A DNA stretch of 64,000 bases, taken from assembly GCF_964213995.1 (NCBI RefSeq), contig NW_027590198.1, positions 372,001 through 436,000 of the forward strand, given 5' to 3'. This DNA comes from Mustelus asterias (Eukaryota). The notes under the pieces are model-generated. The model ran no database searches, was not told the DNA's origin, and was given only the letters and a program-made list of their open reading frames with translations. Made by a program: the position numbers and the translations under genes. Below, one piece after another: positions 37,870-51,440 of this stretch. Positions within the stretch are counted from its first letter, which is position 1. Each line of letters begins with the position of its first letter.

Positions 37870-40525
37870 TTATAAGGCATATAAAATTGCCAGAAGAAGC
37901 AACAAGCCTGGGGATTTGGAACGTTTTAGAATTCAACAAAAGAAGACACACTGTGCGAGGGCAGAAATAGAATATGAAAGTAAAATGGCAAGGAGCATAG
38001 AAGCTAATTGAAAAAGCTTACCTGAATATCTGAAGAGATGAAGATCAGTTAAGAAAAATGTAGGTACCTTACAGTCAGAATCCAGGGAAATTATAATGGG
38101 GAACAAAGAAATGTTGGATGAATAGAACACAAAGTTTGACTCCGTGTTCACAAAAGAGGACACAAATACCCTCCCAGAAATGTTAGGGAACCAAGGGGCT
38201 AGTTGGAAGGCGGCATTGAAGAAAACCAGTATGAGTAGAAAAATCATGCTGGGGAAAGTAATAGGGTGAAATGCTGATAAATCTCTAGGGCCTGAGAATC
38301 TACATCCTCGTGTATGAAAGAAAATCGCTCTGGAAATATTGGGTGCATTGGTGGTCATCTTCTAAAATTCTAGACACTCTGGATCAGTTCCTACAGATTG
38401 GAGGGTGACAAATGAAACCCCAATATATACAAAGGAAGGGAGAGTAAAAAATGATGAATTACAGTCTGACTTTAGCATCAGCGAAGATGTTAGAGACTGT
38501 TATCAAAGACATGATAACAAAATATTTGGAAAGCATTAACGGAATTTGATGAAGCCAGCATGGGCTTAAGAAAGACATGTCATTCTTAGCAAACCTACTT
38601 GCGTTTTTTGAGGATGTAAAGAATAGAATAGGGAAGGAGAGAGAGGGGGCGGGGGGACCAGTGTACGTGGTGCATTTGCACTTTCAGAAGACATTTGATA
38701 AGGTTCCTCATAAAATATTCGTAGACCAAATTAAAGCACGTGGGATAAGGAATAATGTATTGGCATAGGTGTAGAATTCGTCGACAGATAAGAAACAGAG
38801 AATGGAAATACATAGGTCTTTTTTCCGAGTGGCAGTCAGCGACTAGTGGGGTACCGCATGCTCCCAACTTATTTTATTTATTTATTAGTCACAAGTAGGC
38901 TTACATGAACACTGCGATGAAGTTACTGTACAAATGCCCGTGTCGCTACACTCCAGCGCCTGTTCGGGAACATTGAGGGAGAAGTTAGAATGGCCAATGC
39001 ACCTAACCAGCACGTCTATCGGATTGTGGGAGGAAACTGAAGCATCCGGAGGGAACCCACATAGACACGGGGAGAACGTGCAGACTTCTTACAGACAGTG
39101 ACACAAACCGGGAATCAAACCCAAGTCCCCGGCGCTATGCCATCTCCGGATCTGGATGAGGGAATCAAATGTAACATGTCCAAAATGGCTGGCGATACAT
39201 AACTGGGCGGAAATGCGAGCTGTGAGGATGATCCAGGTCAATGTGATCTGGACAAATTGAGTGAATGGGTGAACACGTGGCAGGTGCAGTACAACGTGGC
39301 TAAATGTGCAATTATATCCTGGTGTGTAAAGCAGAATGCAATGTATATTAGGAATTGTGATGTACAAATGGATCTGGGCGTCCTTGCACATCAGTCACTG
39401 AAATTGGAGAGGCATGTATAGCAAGCAATTTGGAAAGCCTTCGTTGGAAGAAGATTTGAGTTCGGCATTAGGGAGGTCTTACTGCAGTTATGCCGGGCCT
39501 TCATAAGACCACACCTGGTGTGGTGTGTATAGTTTTGGTCTCTCTACCTACGAAAGGGCATATGGGGAGTACAGCTGATACAGGGATTGGTGGGACTGTC
39601 CTAGGAGGCGAGATTGATTCGACTGCGCCTGTATTCACTTGACTCATCTGATGAGGGAGCGGCGCTCCGAAAGCTCATGATTCCAAATAAACTTGCTGCA
39701 CTTTAACCTGGTGTTGTGAGACTTCTTACTGTGCCCACCCCAGTCCAGCGCTGGCATCTCCACATCATGTATTCATTTGAGTTTAGAAGAATGAGAGGAG
39801 ATCTGATTGAAACATATAAAATTGTGATTGAAACATATAAAACATATAAAATGAGGGAGGCACTGTGGCACAGTGGCTGGCACTGCTGCCTCACAGCGCC
39901 AGGGACCCGGATTCGATTCCCAGCTTGGGCCGCTGCCTGTGCAGAGTCTGCACATTATCCCCGTGTCTGCGTGGGTTTCCTTCGGGTGCTCCAGTTTTCT
40001 CCCACAGTCGGAAAGACGTGCTGGTTAGGTGCATTGGCTATGCTAAATTTTCCCTCAGCGTACCTGAACAGACGTTGGACTGTGGCCAAAGGGCATTTCC
40101 ACAGTAACTTCATTGCATTGTTAATGTATGCCTACTTGTGACGCTAATAATGAATAAACTTACAAATAATTAAATAAATTCTAACAGGGCTGGACAGGCT
40201 CTATGAAAGAAGAATGTTTTCGCTGGTGAGGGAGTCTCAAAACAGGGATGCCGTTTCAAGACACAGGATAGACATTTGGACAGAAATGAGGAAAGGTTTC
40301 TTCACTTCGGAGGAGAGTGAACCTGCGGAGTGATCTAGCACAGAAGACTGTGGATGCCATGTCTTTGAATATATTCAAGAAATAAATAGATTTGTGAGTA
40401 GATTTTAATGGTATCAAGCGGTGAGGTAGAATGCAACAATATGTGGCCTTGAGGTAGGAAATCATCCATGATCATGATGAATGGCGGATCAGACTCGAAT
40501 GGCCTACTCCGGCTCCTAGTTTCGA
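37870..40525 (+). mobile_element. Old CR1 with nested SINEs (38870-39143 -, 39858-40165 +) and a Penelope terminus
   Basis: Degenerate RT motifs (FQKTFDKVPH, SFEFRRMRGDLIETYK). Confidence 0.85.
39643..39767 (+). mobile_element. Penelope-like terminus with hammerhead motif (39644-39680)
   Basis: TCAT-CTGATGA-G-GGAGCGgCGCTCC-GAAA-GC-TC-ATGA; TSD TGTATTCAYTTGA at 39630-39642 and 39768-39780. Confidence 0.88.
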
Positions 40526-40529
40526 TGTA

Positions 40530-40845
40530 TCTAATGTTCAGCTAATGTTCTGAGAACCTGGGTTCAATCCTGCCTCGGCAGATGGTGGAATTTGATTTCA
40601 ATAAATAATTTCTGGAGCTAAGAATCAGTTGATAACTGAGACCATTGTTGATTGTTGTAAAGCCCCATCTTGTTCACTAATGTCCCTTTAGGGAAAGAAA
40701 TCTGCCGTCCTTACTTTGTCTGACCTACATGTGACTCCAGAGTCACAGCAATGTGCTGGACTCTCAATGCCCTCCAAGCAACTAGGGATGGGCAACAAAT
40801 ATTGGCCAGCCAGTGACGCCCAAGCCCCACGAATGAATAAAAAGA
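40530..40845 (+). mobile_element. tRNA-derived SINE, second family (copies at ~55910-56265 + and ~57805-58135 -)
   Basis: GGGTTCAATCC B-box; shared body GGAATTTGA.TTCAA…ATCTGCCGTCCTTAC…GTGACTCCAG. Confidence 0.7.
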
Positions 40846-41232
40846 ACTATGTTGCCTGTCCCAAATGTGACTCCAGTTCCACAGTGATGAAGTTGACTCT
40901 TAAGTGCCTCTGAAATTGCCGAAACAGCCATTCAGGTGTTTCGAAGCTGCCACAGAAAGTCAAACACAAATAAAACCGACTGAGAAGGCATCTTTTTTTT
41001 CTCAAAAAGGTGGCTCACAACAGCCTTCTAAGGATGGGCAATTAATGTTGACTTTGTCAGTGAAGCCCATATCCAGAGAATGAATAAAGCGGTGCAAACT
41101 GCTGTGGATTCCGGAACTCTAAAAGAAAAACACCAAATAAGGCAGGTGAATGGGTATCAGCAGAGAGAGAGAACCAGATTCTCATTTCAGGTCAATGATA
41201 GGATATAAAATCTCGTCGATATAAATCTATAT

Positions 41233-41430
41233 AACAGTCCAAAGATGTGCGGGTTAGGTTGATTGGCCAGATTTTAAAAAAATTGCCCCTTAGAGTCCTG
41301 GGATGCGCAGGTTAGAGGGATTAGCGGGTAAAATATGTGGGGGTAGGGCCTGGGTGGGATTGCGGTCGGTGCAGACTCGATAGGCCGAATGGCCTCCTTC
41401 TGCACTGTAGGGTTTCTATGATTTCTATGA
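41233..41430 (+). mobile_element. HE1-like SINE 3' fragment
   Basis: CAGTCCAAAGATGTGCGGGTTAGG…(TTTCTATGA)n. Confidence 0.88.
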
Positions 41431-43475
41431 CTGTTCACCCAAGTATCCTGGCCCATTAATTCTCCAACTAAAATCACAAAATTACTGTTCAAATATCACA
41501 TCTCGGTTGGTGGGAACCTTCGATGCACAAAGTACTCGTTGTATATCCAACATTACAGCGGTGAATAAATTCAGCGAAAATATATCAGTGAGTTTTAAAT
41601 GCTTTGAGTCGACTTGAGGTCGGGTAAAGCGTTATAAAAATGCAAGTTCTTTCCAAATCTTAATATTATAAAATCAAGATTTGATATGTTGAGAGCTCGG
41701 AGACTAATGCGATTATAGTCACTCCTCTGCCTGATGTTTTAACTTGTCTAGTTTAGTAGTTTAAATCATCAATCAAATTGCCATTCAGTGGAATACCAGC
41801 CTATTGAAATATGTCTTATTTATTGTGACATCAGAACTTTCAGAACAAATTCTTGATTAGAAGGTTTTTTTTATTTGAATGAAATAGCATCCAGTCTAAT
41901 GGGTATTCACGAAGCTTCTATTCATTTTTAACCAACTGTCAACATACTTAAAATAAACGGCTATTTTCAGTTGAAACTAATCAACAAGTGACTGTTATTC
42001 TGGTTTCGCTGCCGTGAACAATGCATTCCAGCAAGTGAGGTGTTTATGTAAATAAACACAGAAATAGAATTTCAATTTAGATTAGGTTTGTTGATTGACA
42101 AAAACATAAATATTTCCCCATCAACACAGCACAGAAATAGAGACAAACATGCAAATAAATCAACGGATTCCAGTTCTGTTTTTTTTCGACTTTTTTTCTT
42201 CATCGGTTATATGCGTAAAACAAGCTATGATCATATCTATGTTCAAAATTAAGAAAGATTCCCTCTAATCTCGAAATATATTGACACGGAAAATATATTG
42301 TGGAGATTTCCTATGCTTTGTCTCTCTATGTCTTTCTCCTCTCTGATTCTGTGTCTTGTCTTGTCTCTCCAGGATAGGTCATTGTCTTTTCTCAACAACA
42401 TCGCCAGACCACAGCTAATGTATTATTTCAGCCCTGTTCATAGGCTTCTAACTAAATGGATCTAATTCAATCAATTGGAATATATAGAGGGAGCTTTACT
42501 CCAAAATGTGTCTTGATCATTCCCTGTATCGAACCCGTCCTGTCCCAGCCATCCATTTTTTTAATGGACAGTGTAGAGAGAGGTTTACTGTTTCTAAACA
42601 GTCTACATTTGCTGGAAGTGTTTGATTGAGACAGTGAAGATGGAGTTTCATTTTGTATCTATCGCGTGGTACACTGCCTTGGGAGTGTTTAATTTTGCGA
42701 TTTGGAGGGAGCTTTACATTCGGTAGCTAACGACATGCTACACCTGCCCTTTGAATGTTTGATGGGACAGTAGGCCCTGTCTCTATATTGCACTTGTCCG
42801 TGACCTTGTCTCTGGTTAAGTTAAGTTAACTATTCTCTGTGTCTGTTTATATTAAAGAAGAGTCTGTCCCTGGTCATATTACACTTGGACGTTCTCTCAT
42901 TTTATATTGAAATATACCCTGTCTCTGTTCATATTGCACTAGACGGGTGCTGTCTCTGTTTATTTTACATGTCACCATATCTCTATTTATATTAAGCTCG
43001 ACAGTGACTTTGCTCTTTTTAATGTAGACCTGTTCCTGTACTAAACTAGATGCAGTCTCAGTTCTGCACTTAACCATGTCCGTGTTCATTTTATATTGGG
43101 CCCGGACTCAATTATTACTGAACTAGACAATGCGCAATAATGTGAAAACAGAAAGTGGGAACACAATTCTCTGCATCCTCCTACAGATACAACTCTGATG
43201 GATAGAGACTGGTCTTGGGAACTGGAAAAGAAGTGAAATCTGAAATCTTATTCTGCTGACGGCATTGAAAATGGATATGAAACCCTGCGCAGCGTACACT
43301 GTCGATCCAATACTTACCCTTTTAGGATCCTGCTGAGTACAGATGTTTTTAGCCCAGCATATTTATGTAGTATATGCCTCTCCAACTCACAGAACCTTGG
43401 AGAAATGCAGCCATAATTCAAACAGAGGCATAATACAGTGCAGTAATCACAGTGACCTGTTCTCGTGAAATTTAG

Positions 43476-43874
43476 TAACAAGTCTCACAACACCAGGCTT
43501 AAGTCCAACAGGTTTATTTGGTAGCGCAAGCCACTAGCTTTCGGAGCGCTGCCCCTTCATCAGGTAAGTGGGAGTTCTGTTCACAAACAGGGCATATAAA
43601 GACACAAACTCAATTTACAAAATAATGGTTGGAATGCGAGTCTTTACAGGTAATCAAGTCTTAAAGGTACAGACAATGTGAGTGGAGAGAGGGTTCAGCA
43701 CAGGTTAAAGAGATGTGTATTGTCTCCAGCCAGGACAGTTAGTGAGATTTTGCAAGCCCAGGCAAGTCGTGGAGGTTACAGATCGTGTGGCATGAACCCA
43801 AGATCCCGGTTGAGGCCGTCCTCATGTGTGCGGAGTTTGGCTATCAGTCTCTGCTCAGCGACTCTGCGTTGTCG
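43476..43874 (-). mobile_element. Penelope-like 3' fragment
   Basis: Matches 10760-11160; hammerhead motif at ~43531-43568; TSD CGTGAAATTTAG at 43464-43475 and 43875-43886. Confidence 0.9.
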
Positions 43875-44359
43875 CGTGAAATTTAGACAGAGTCAGGATC
43901 AAATGTCCTATAAACAGGGATTGAGCCTCGTGTAACATAAACTAAATTCTGGTCAAGCGGAGTATTAACAGAGACAGGATCTATTTTAAAATAAACAGAG
44001 GGCTAATGCAGTGAAATAGAAATGAGGCGGTGCCAAGTGCCTTGTGGGAAGTTAAAGGCGAATTACTAGCCTTACCAGAGACACCCACATCCCTTGAAAG
44101 AAACATTTAAAAACATGAATGACCTCGTCTAGTCCAAGAAAAACGGAGACAGTCTCTAGTGCAATTTAACTGGAAACAGGAACCTGCGCGATATAAACAA
44201 GGCGCAGCCTATTGTCGTAATGTCAATTACAGATGCAGGCCCAGACCGATATTAACTGAGAAAGAGCCGACTGCATGAGTAGTAATTACTGATGCAGGAT
44301 CTGGACTGACACAAACTGAAACAGAGTCCAGTGTGTTAGTGGTAATTACTGATGCAGTA

Positions 44360-44880
44360 CATAGAACATAGAACACAGAACAGCACAGCACAGAACAGGC
44401 CCTTCGGCCCACGATGTTGTGCCGAGCTTTATCTGAAACCAAGATCAAGCTATCCCACTCCCTATCATCCTCGTGTTCTCCATGTGCCGATCCAATAACC
44501 GCTTAAATTTTCCGAAAGTGTCTGACTCCACTATCACTGCAGGTAGTCCATTCCACACCCCAACCACTCTCTGAGTAAAGAACCTACCTCGGACATCCTT
44601 CCTATATCTCCCACCATGAACCCTATAGTTATGCCCCTCGTAATAGCTCCATCCACCCGAGGAAATAGTCTTTGAACGTTCACTCTATCTATCCCCTTCA
44701 TCATTTTATAAACATCTGTTAAGTCTCCCCTCAACCTCCTCCGCTCCAGAGAGAACAGCCCTAGCTCCCTCAACCTTTCCTCATAAGACCTACCTTCCAA
44801 ACCAGGCAGCATCCTGGCGAATCTCCTTTGCACTCTTTCCAGCGCTTCCACATCCTTCTAATAGCGAGGTGACCAGAACC
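44360..44880 (-). mobile_element. CR1 3' fragment
   Basis: [16 protein letters not shown]…[14 protein letters not shown]; (TGTTCTA)n tail. Confidence 0.9.
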
Positions 44881-45261
44881 TGGAAAGATAAAAACTGAGA
44901 CAGAATTTAGTGTGTTGTTGATAATTAGAGATACGAGATTTAGACTGATATAAACTGAGAAGGAGCCTAGTGCATCGTTAATAATTATTAATATGGGGTC
45001 TAGACTGGTACACACTGAGACATGGACAATGCAGCAAATTAGAGGGGCCAAATGATGCAATAATAACAGAGACAAATAAACAAATGCATGGACTGGTGCA
45101 GCATTAACTAAAAGAGGGTCGAGTTTATTAGATCCAATGAACTATTAGAAACTGGGAATGAAACATTTGTAATGCAAAAAGGATGTTGATCCAGTGTTGG
45201 AGACACAGATAAATGTTCTGATGCAGTAGGAATTGAGACACAGTCTCTTGCCAGATTAAAG

Positions 45262-45546
45262 TTGTAAAGCTTATTTATTAGTGTCACAAGCAGGCTCACA
45301 TTCACACTGCAATGTATTTACTTTGAAGAACCCCGAGTGGCCACACTCAGGCGCCTAATTGAGTACACTGAGGGAGAATTTAGCATGGCCAAAATGCACC
45401 AAACCAGTACCTCCTTAGGACTGTGGGTGGTAACCGGAGCACCCGGAGAAAACCCACGCAGACATAGGGATAACGTGCAGACTCCGCACAGTCACCCAAG
45501 CTGGGAATTGAACCCAGGTCCCTGGCGCTGTGCCACCGTGCCGCCC
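45262..45546 (-). mobile_element. HE1-like V-SINE
   Basis: Reverse V domain (ACCGGAGCACCCGGAGAAAACCCACGCAGACA) and GGGCGGCACGGTGGCACA head. Confidence 0.8.
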
Positions 45547-45829
45547 AAATTAACTGAAATATATTTCAGCACAGTCATAACTCAGAAACCATCGTGGAAT
45601 CAGGGCCTTGGCCTCATTTATGAACAACTGATAATGAGACGAGAAGAGAAATAACGGAGACAGGACATGTTGTAATGTGATTGGAACATGGCCTATTGCG
45701 ATACAAACACAGGTGGTGGCTCGTTGAATGCTATTTGCTACCAAATAAACCTGTTGGACTTTAACCTGGTGTTTTGAGACTTCGTACTGTAGTTGAATGT
45801 GGCTAGAGGTATGACATGTTCAAAATCAT

Positions 45830-47660
45830 TTCATGAGGTTTCGGTGTCACTGGTAAAATAGCATTTGTTGCCACTTCTTTTTTTCCTTTGAGAATGTAGT
45901 GGTGAGCCCTCTTCTTGAATCAATGCATTCCATATGAGTAAGTACACCTACGGTGCTAATAGGAAAGGAGTTGCAAGATCTTCATCCATGGACACTGAAA
46001 TATATTGATACAGTCCCCAGTCAAGACGGTGTGGGGGTTTTATGGGCATTTGCAGCTAATTGTGATGACGCATCTGCTGCCCTTGTCATTTTGAGTGTCA
46101 GAGTTAATGTGTTTGGAAGGTACTATCGAAGGATTATGTTGCTGCTACACAAGTTGTGTATAGTTCACACTGCTGGAGTTGTACATCTGTGATGCAGAGA
46201 GTGAATGTTTAAAGTGGTTGGTGGGGTGTTCATCCAGCCGCCTGCTTTTTGTTGGGGTGGTTTCGAGCTTTCCGGGTGTTGCTTCGGGGCCGCACGTCAC
46301 AAAGTGCAGAATATTCAATCACAATATTGGCTTTTGCCTTTATATGATGGATAGGGTTTTGGACGTCAGGAGGTCAGTTGCTCAACGCACAATTACCAGC
46401 CTCTGACCTGCTCTTGAAGCAATATTATTTACAAGGCTGTCCCAGTTCACGTTTTCATCAATGGTAATTCCCAGACTGATGACAGTGGGGATTTCAGCTG
46501 TAATCATTCCATTTAATGGCAAGCAGAGATGATTGGAATCTCTCTTACTTAAAAGGGTCATTACCTGCCACTTGGGTGGCGCGAATGTCACATGCCACTT
46601 CACAGCCAAAGCATGAATGTTTTTTAAGTCTTTCTGCTTATGGACACGGACTGCGTCAGTATCTGAGAAGTTGTAAATGTGCTGAACACATTGCAATCAA
46701 CAGTGAATATCCCACTTCTGAGCTTGTATTTAAGCGTGAACATTAGTCCGATGACACTATCCTGAGGAGTTTCTTCAGCAATGCCCTGTGACTAAGATGA
46801 TTGGCTTTCAACAGCCACAACCACCTTACTCTGTGCACGGTTTGACTGAAGCCAGTGGAATGTTTTTCCCCGGCTCCCCATTGACTGCAGCTTTGCTCGG
46901 GCTTCTTGATGCCACAACCGATCAAGTGCACTCTCACATCACCTCATTCAACCAGCTATTTCCACTATATTTGGACTAAGCTTAAATGATTTCTGAAACT
47001 GAGTCCTCCGAGTGGGACCCAAACGGAGCACCATTGGGCAGATTACTAATATTAGTAGTTGTAGCAGTATTGTTATTATTATATTATTATTATTACTTTT
47101 TGGATGATCCTTCATACTTCCCATTACGTTGTTCGAGTGAGGACGCATTGGGAGATAATTGGTCGGGGTGGATTTGCCCTACCTTCTGAAACAGGTCATG
47201 TCTGCCAACTTTCCACGCTGTTTTGTATGTGACCGTGATATAGCTTCAGTAGAATAGATTGGCTGAGGCTCAGCTAGTTCCAGAGCACAAATCGTTTTTA
47301 TTATTGCTGAAATATTGTCAGGATCCATAATCTTTGCAGTATCCAACGCCTTCAGCACAAGGTTAGGCCATAGATCAATCATGATCGTATTGCATGGCGG
47401 AGCGGGTTCCAGGGGCTGAATGGTCTACTCCTGTTCATATCTTGCATGTTATCATGTTGAATGAATTGACCTCCTTGGATACTGGCATCTGTGATGCTGG
47501 GGGCATCAGGAGGAGGCCGAGATGGAACATCCTCTCGGCACTTCTGGCTGAAGATGGAAGCAATTGTTTCAGTCTTGTTTCTTTTCCCTTTTGCAGAGCT
47601 CCCCATCATTAAGAATGGGGGTTTCTTTTGAGGCTCCTGCTGCGGTTATTTGTTTAAATG
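45830..47660 (-). mobile_element. Degenerate LINE of a second CR1/L2-group family (related pieces at ~16615-16770, 48945-49140, 50160-51010)
   Basis: RT-like translations KWHVTFAPPKWQVMT…LGITIDENVNW…RAGQRL and KALDTAKIMDPDNISAII. Confidence 0.75.
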
Positions 47661-47949
47661 TCCACCATTCAGGACTGCATATGGCAGAACTGTAAAGTTA
47701 GGGTCCAGTGTAGTATTTATTGAGCCAGTGCCTGCTTCATGTAATGTAAACCATCAAGATGCCAATTCCATCTGCTGGCAAAATTCTGCAATTACAGTTA
47801 CTGTAAATATATCGCTGTCAGGTATGATTTATGATAGTAATATACAAAGAATTCAGATCTATAAAAGTAATACCACATCCCCGTCTGCGGAAGGTGCCCA
47901 AATTTAAGGTGCAACGAATTATAGATGTGCAGGTTAAGTTGTGTCCCGC

Positions 47950-48710
47950 AGGAATCTGTCTTGAGGTCTCAATTATTCACAATATTCATAACGGCTTAGA
48001 TAATGGCACAAAAAGTCAAATATCCAAATGATAGTTCAAGTTATTTTTTAGAAGGCACAAAGTTAAATTTAGTGGATGCCCAGAGATTTGCGGGTTCATT
48101 TGCATAGCTTCTTAAAATGCAACGAACTGATGCAGAAAACAGTCAAGCAGGTCAACGGAATTCTGGCCTTTGTATCTAAAGGACTGGAAGATAGGGATGC
48201 AGATGTTATGCTGCAATTATGCAAAATCTTGTTTAGACTCCACCTAGAGTACTGTGCGCAGCTATCGGCACCACACCTTTGGAAGGATGTTGGCCCTGGA
48301 GGGAGTTGAAGCGAGGTTCACAAGAATTATACCTGGTCATTCAGGATTTAAGTTGCGAGGAGAAATTAGACAAATTGGGACTTTTTCTCTCGAATTCAGA
48401 TGTTGAGGGGTGCTCTGACAGAAATCTACAAAATAGTTACGGGGTAGGATAGGGCGGATAAAGATATTTTTTCCACCAGTTGAAGGCTCTCGAATAAAGG
48501 GCTATAATTTAAAAACAAAATAGGACCAAGCCGTTCAGGAGAGTTCATAGAAAGCATTTCTACACACAGGGAGTGGTGGAAGTTTGGAACTCTCTTCCTC
48601 AAAGGCCGGTGGGTGCTCGTTCAATTGTTAGATTTATGTCTGAGATCGATTTATCTTCTTGAACAGGGGTATCAAGGGATATGGGCCAAGGGCAGGTACA
48701 TAGAGTTTGG
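47950..48710 (+). mobile_element. Old CR1 3' fragment
   Basis: RDLRVHLH…NGILAFVSKGLE…LEYCAQ. Confidence 0.75.
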
Positions 48711-48721
48711 ACATCAAGTCC

Positions 48722-48944
48722 ACTTGATTACCGGTTAAGACTCGGATTCCAATCATTATTTTGTAAATTGAGTTTGTGTCTTTGTATGCCCTGTTTGTGA
48801 ACAGAATTCCCACTTACCGGATGAAGGAGCAGCACTCCGAAAGCTAGTGGCTTGTGCTTCCAAATAAACCTGCTGGACTTTAACCTGGTGTTGTGAGAAT
48901 TCTTACTGTGTTTACCCCAGTCCAACGCCGGCATCTCCACATCA
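48722..48944 (+). mobile_element. Penelope-like terminus (further pieces at 45731-45791 +, 50428-50541 -, 63940-64000 -)
   Basis: Same terminal sequence as 12235-12457. Confidence 0.88.
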
Positions 48945-49392
48945 CAGCATTTATTCCCCATTCCTAGCTGCCCTTGAGAAGGTGCTGGTGAGTTGCCTTC
49001 TTGAATCGCTGCAATACATGTTCAGTGGGTAGACCCACAATGCCGTTAGGGAGGAAATTCAAAGATTTTGACTCAGCGATTGTGAAGGAACGGTGATATA
49101 TTTCCAAGTCAGGATGATGAGTGGCTTGGAGGGGAAATTCTGCTCCTATGTTACCAGGTCAGCATCAGAGCATAATACCTCAATCCATGATAATGTATGT
49201 TTGTTCATTTTGGTTCGAAGGAGGAATGATGACCAGGGCGCTGTTGGAGACAATGGGACCTTTAATGTTCAGCTCAGCAAATATGGCGTTGGGGAACGTT
49301 TATTTGTTCATCATTCCATCTGAAAGATAGTTGGGGTAATTGTCTCTTAAGCCCCCCAGGAAGCAAAGATGGAGTCTTAAGTTGAAGGAAAA

Positions 49393-49444
49393 TGTGTGTG
49401 CGTGAGTGTGTGTGTGTGTGGGTGTGTGTGGGTGTGTGTGTGTG
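49393..49444. repeat. (GT)n microsatellite, imperfect
   Basis: Seen directly in the sequence. Confidence 0.9.
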
Positions 49445-51440
49445 CGTTCACTGAAAAACGTCATATTGTTTATAATCAATTTCACAATGATAACCGGCAT
49501 TCTTCCATTTAAAATAAAGAATAGACACAGAGTAAACACATCAGTTTCAGAATGGTTTCTTTTTCATATGTCACCTTTGTTGATGACTAAGGAGGACAAT
49601 TTTTGAGAGGTTGACTCTGTTAAACTTCATGCTGCCCATGAAGCTACCAATTGTGGTTTTATGTTGTCGTTTTCTGTGTCATGAATGTGACTGAGGAGTT
49701 TTGATGGAGAGCGACTTTTTTCCAAAATATTGTAGTCCCTGCTCTGCTACCGGTGTTGAATGTCTTGATGAGATTGACGAAAGTAAAGATAAGCACATAG
49801 GGCATATGGAGCAGATATTTTCCAGAGTCAATCTTCCTTTACAAACACAACATTGTGCTTCAGGATAATCCGGGTCTTCAAACAGATGAATGGTTTCAGA
49901 TGTGTCACTGACAATGATAGATATATATCTGTAGTTGTTGCAGTGTCCTCTGGCGGCTTTTTTCCCGGTAGTGTTGTGCTTTTGAATCATGCATCCCCTG
50001 TGGAGCTCATCCTAGCTTCCATCAAGAAAGAGAAGATCATAAATGTTCATAAAGTTGGTATTTATTTTCACCAATTGCCATCCATTCACAAAGTTGCATA
50101 ATTTTGTTCATCAGTTATCAACCATTCATAAACATTAATATATTTGTGTTTTAATTGAAGAGATGTGGTCGTTCCTGGCTAGGTCAGCATTTGTTGCCGA
50201 TCCCTAATTGCCTTTAGTAAACTGGTGGTGAGGAGCCTTCTTGAATTGCTGCGAAGCCTGTGGTGTATGTACTCACACAGTGCTGTTACAGAGGGTGTTC
50301 CAGGATGTCAATCGAGCGACAGTGAAGGAAGGGCGATATTTTTCCAAGTCAGTTATATGACTGACTTGGAGCGGAATTTACAGGTGATATTCCCAGGTAA
50401 CTCTTACCCCTGTTCTTCCAAATGGTCGTGATGTGGAGATGCCGGCGTTGGACTGGGGTAAACACAGTAAGAAGTTTAACAACACCAGGTTAAAGTCCAA
50501 CAGGTTTATTTGGTAACAAAAGCCACACAAGCTTTCGGAGCTCCAAATGGTAACAGTCGTGTGGTTGGAAGGTGATGCCGAAGGAGTCTTGGTGAATTCC
50601 TGAAGTGAAACTTGTGGATGGTGTATAATGCTGCTGTTGTTTGTCGGTGGTGGAGGGAGTGAGCATTTGCAAATTCTATGTTAGTCAAGCCGGCTGCTCT
50701 GTCCTGAATGCTATGAAGCTTCGTGAATGTTGTTTGAGCTGCACTCATTCAAGCCAGGGGAGAGAAGCCTATTACATCCTGAGTTGTGGCTTGTAGGTGG
50801 TGGACAGGTTTGGGGAGTCATGAGGTGGGTTACTCACAGCAAGCTGACCTGATATTCCAGCCGGGGCATTTATATACCCAGTCAATTCAGCGATTAGCCA
50901 ATGGTAGCCCCGACGATTACTATAGTGGGTGATTCAGTCTCGTAATATCATTGAGTCACAAGCGGCAATGGGTAAATTCTCTCTTTTTGGAGATGGTCAT
51001 TGCCTGGCGCTAATATTACTAATAATCTCCAAACCACAAAAATAAATAAATATTTCACAAATTATTTTCAGCATTTTATTTGGTACAAATATAATTGCAG
51101 TTTATTTAGTGTAATTTATTGAGATTCAAATTTATTGAGGTCACGTTGGCCTTTCTGTCACCAAAGAATCCAACCTGTCCCAGAATTCAGCGGAAAATTG
51201 AATTAAGTCAGACCGAGGAGAAGGAGCAGCTACCCAGCAGCCTCTACGCTTAATTGACAAGTAATCACCTCATCAAACACCTCATCACACATAAACCCCT
51301 GATACATAACTGGAGTGTGTAACCACTTTTAAAGTGAATATATAACTGAAGGTATGTGTATCTAATGTAATATATAAGGTATGATATTTAATGTGAAGTT
51401 ATAAAATCTTAAAATCCAGTTTGATTATTGATATAACAAA

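Larger units (their letters stand above)
40860..45690 (+). repeat. Old segmental duplication, copy 1 (copy 2 at ~59430-63935)
   Basis: Collinear unique blocks, e.g. ATCATCAATCAAATT…GGAATACCAGCCTATT…TTATTGTGACATCAGAACTTTCAG at ~41765 and ~60714. Confidence 0.85.

Noticed and set aside
42125-42151. 12-RSS / D segment (CACAGCA + ACAAACATG)
   Set aside because: Spacer is 11 nt, the nonamer is poor, and there is no opposing RSS
49480-50100. Cys-rich 103-aa ORF (RING-like?)
   Set aside because: Cys/His spacing does not fit RING or B-box; there is an upstream in-frame stop and no splice support
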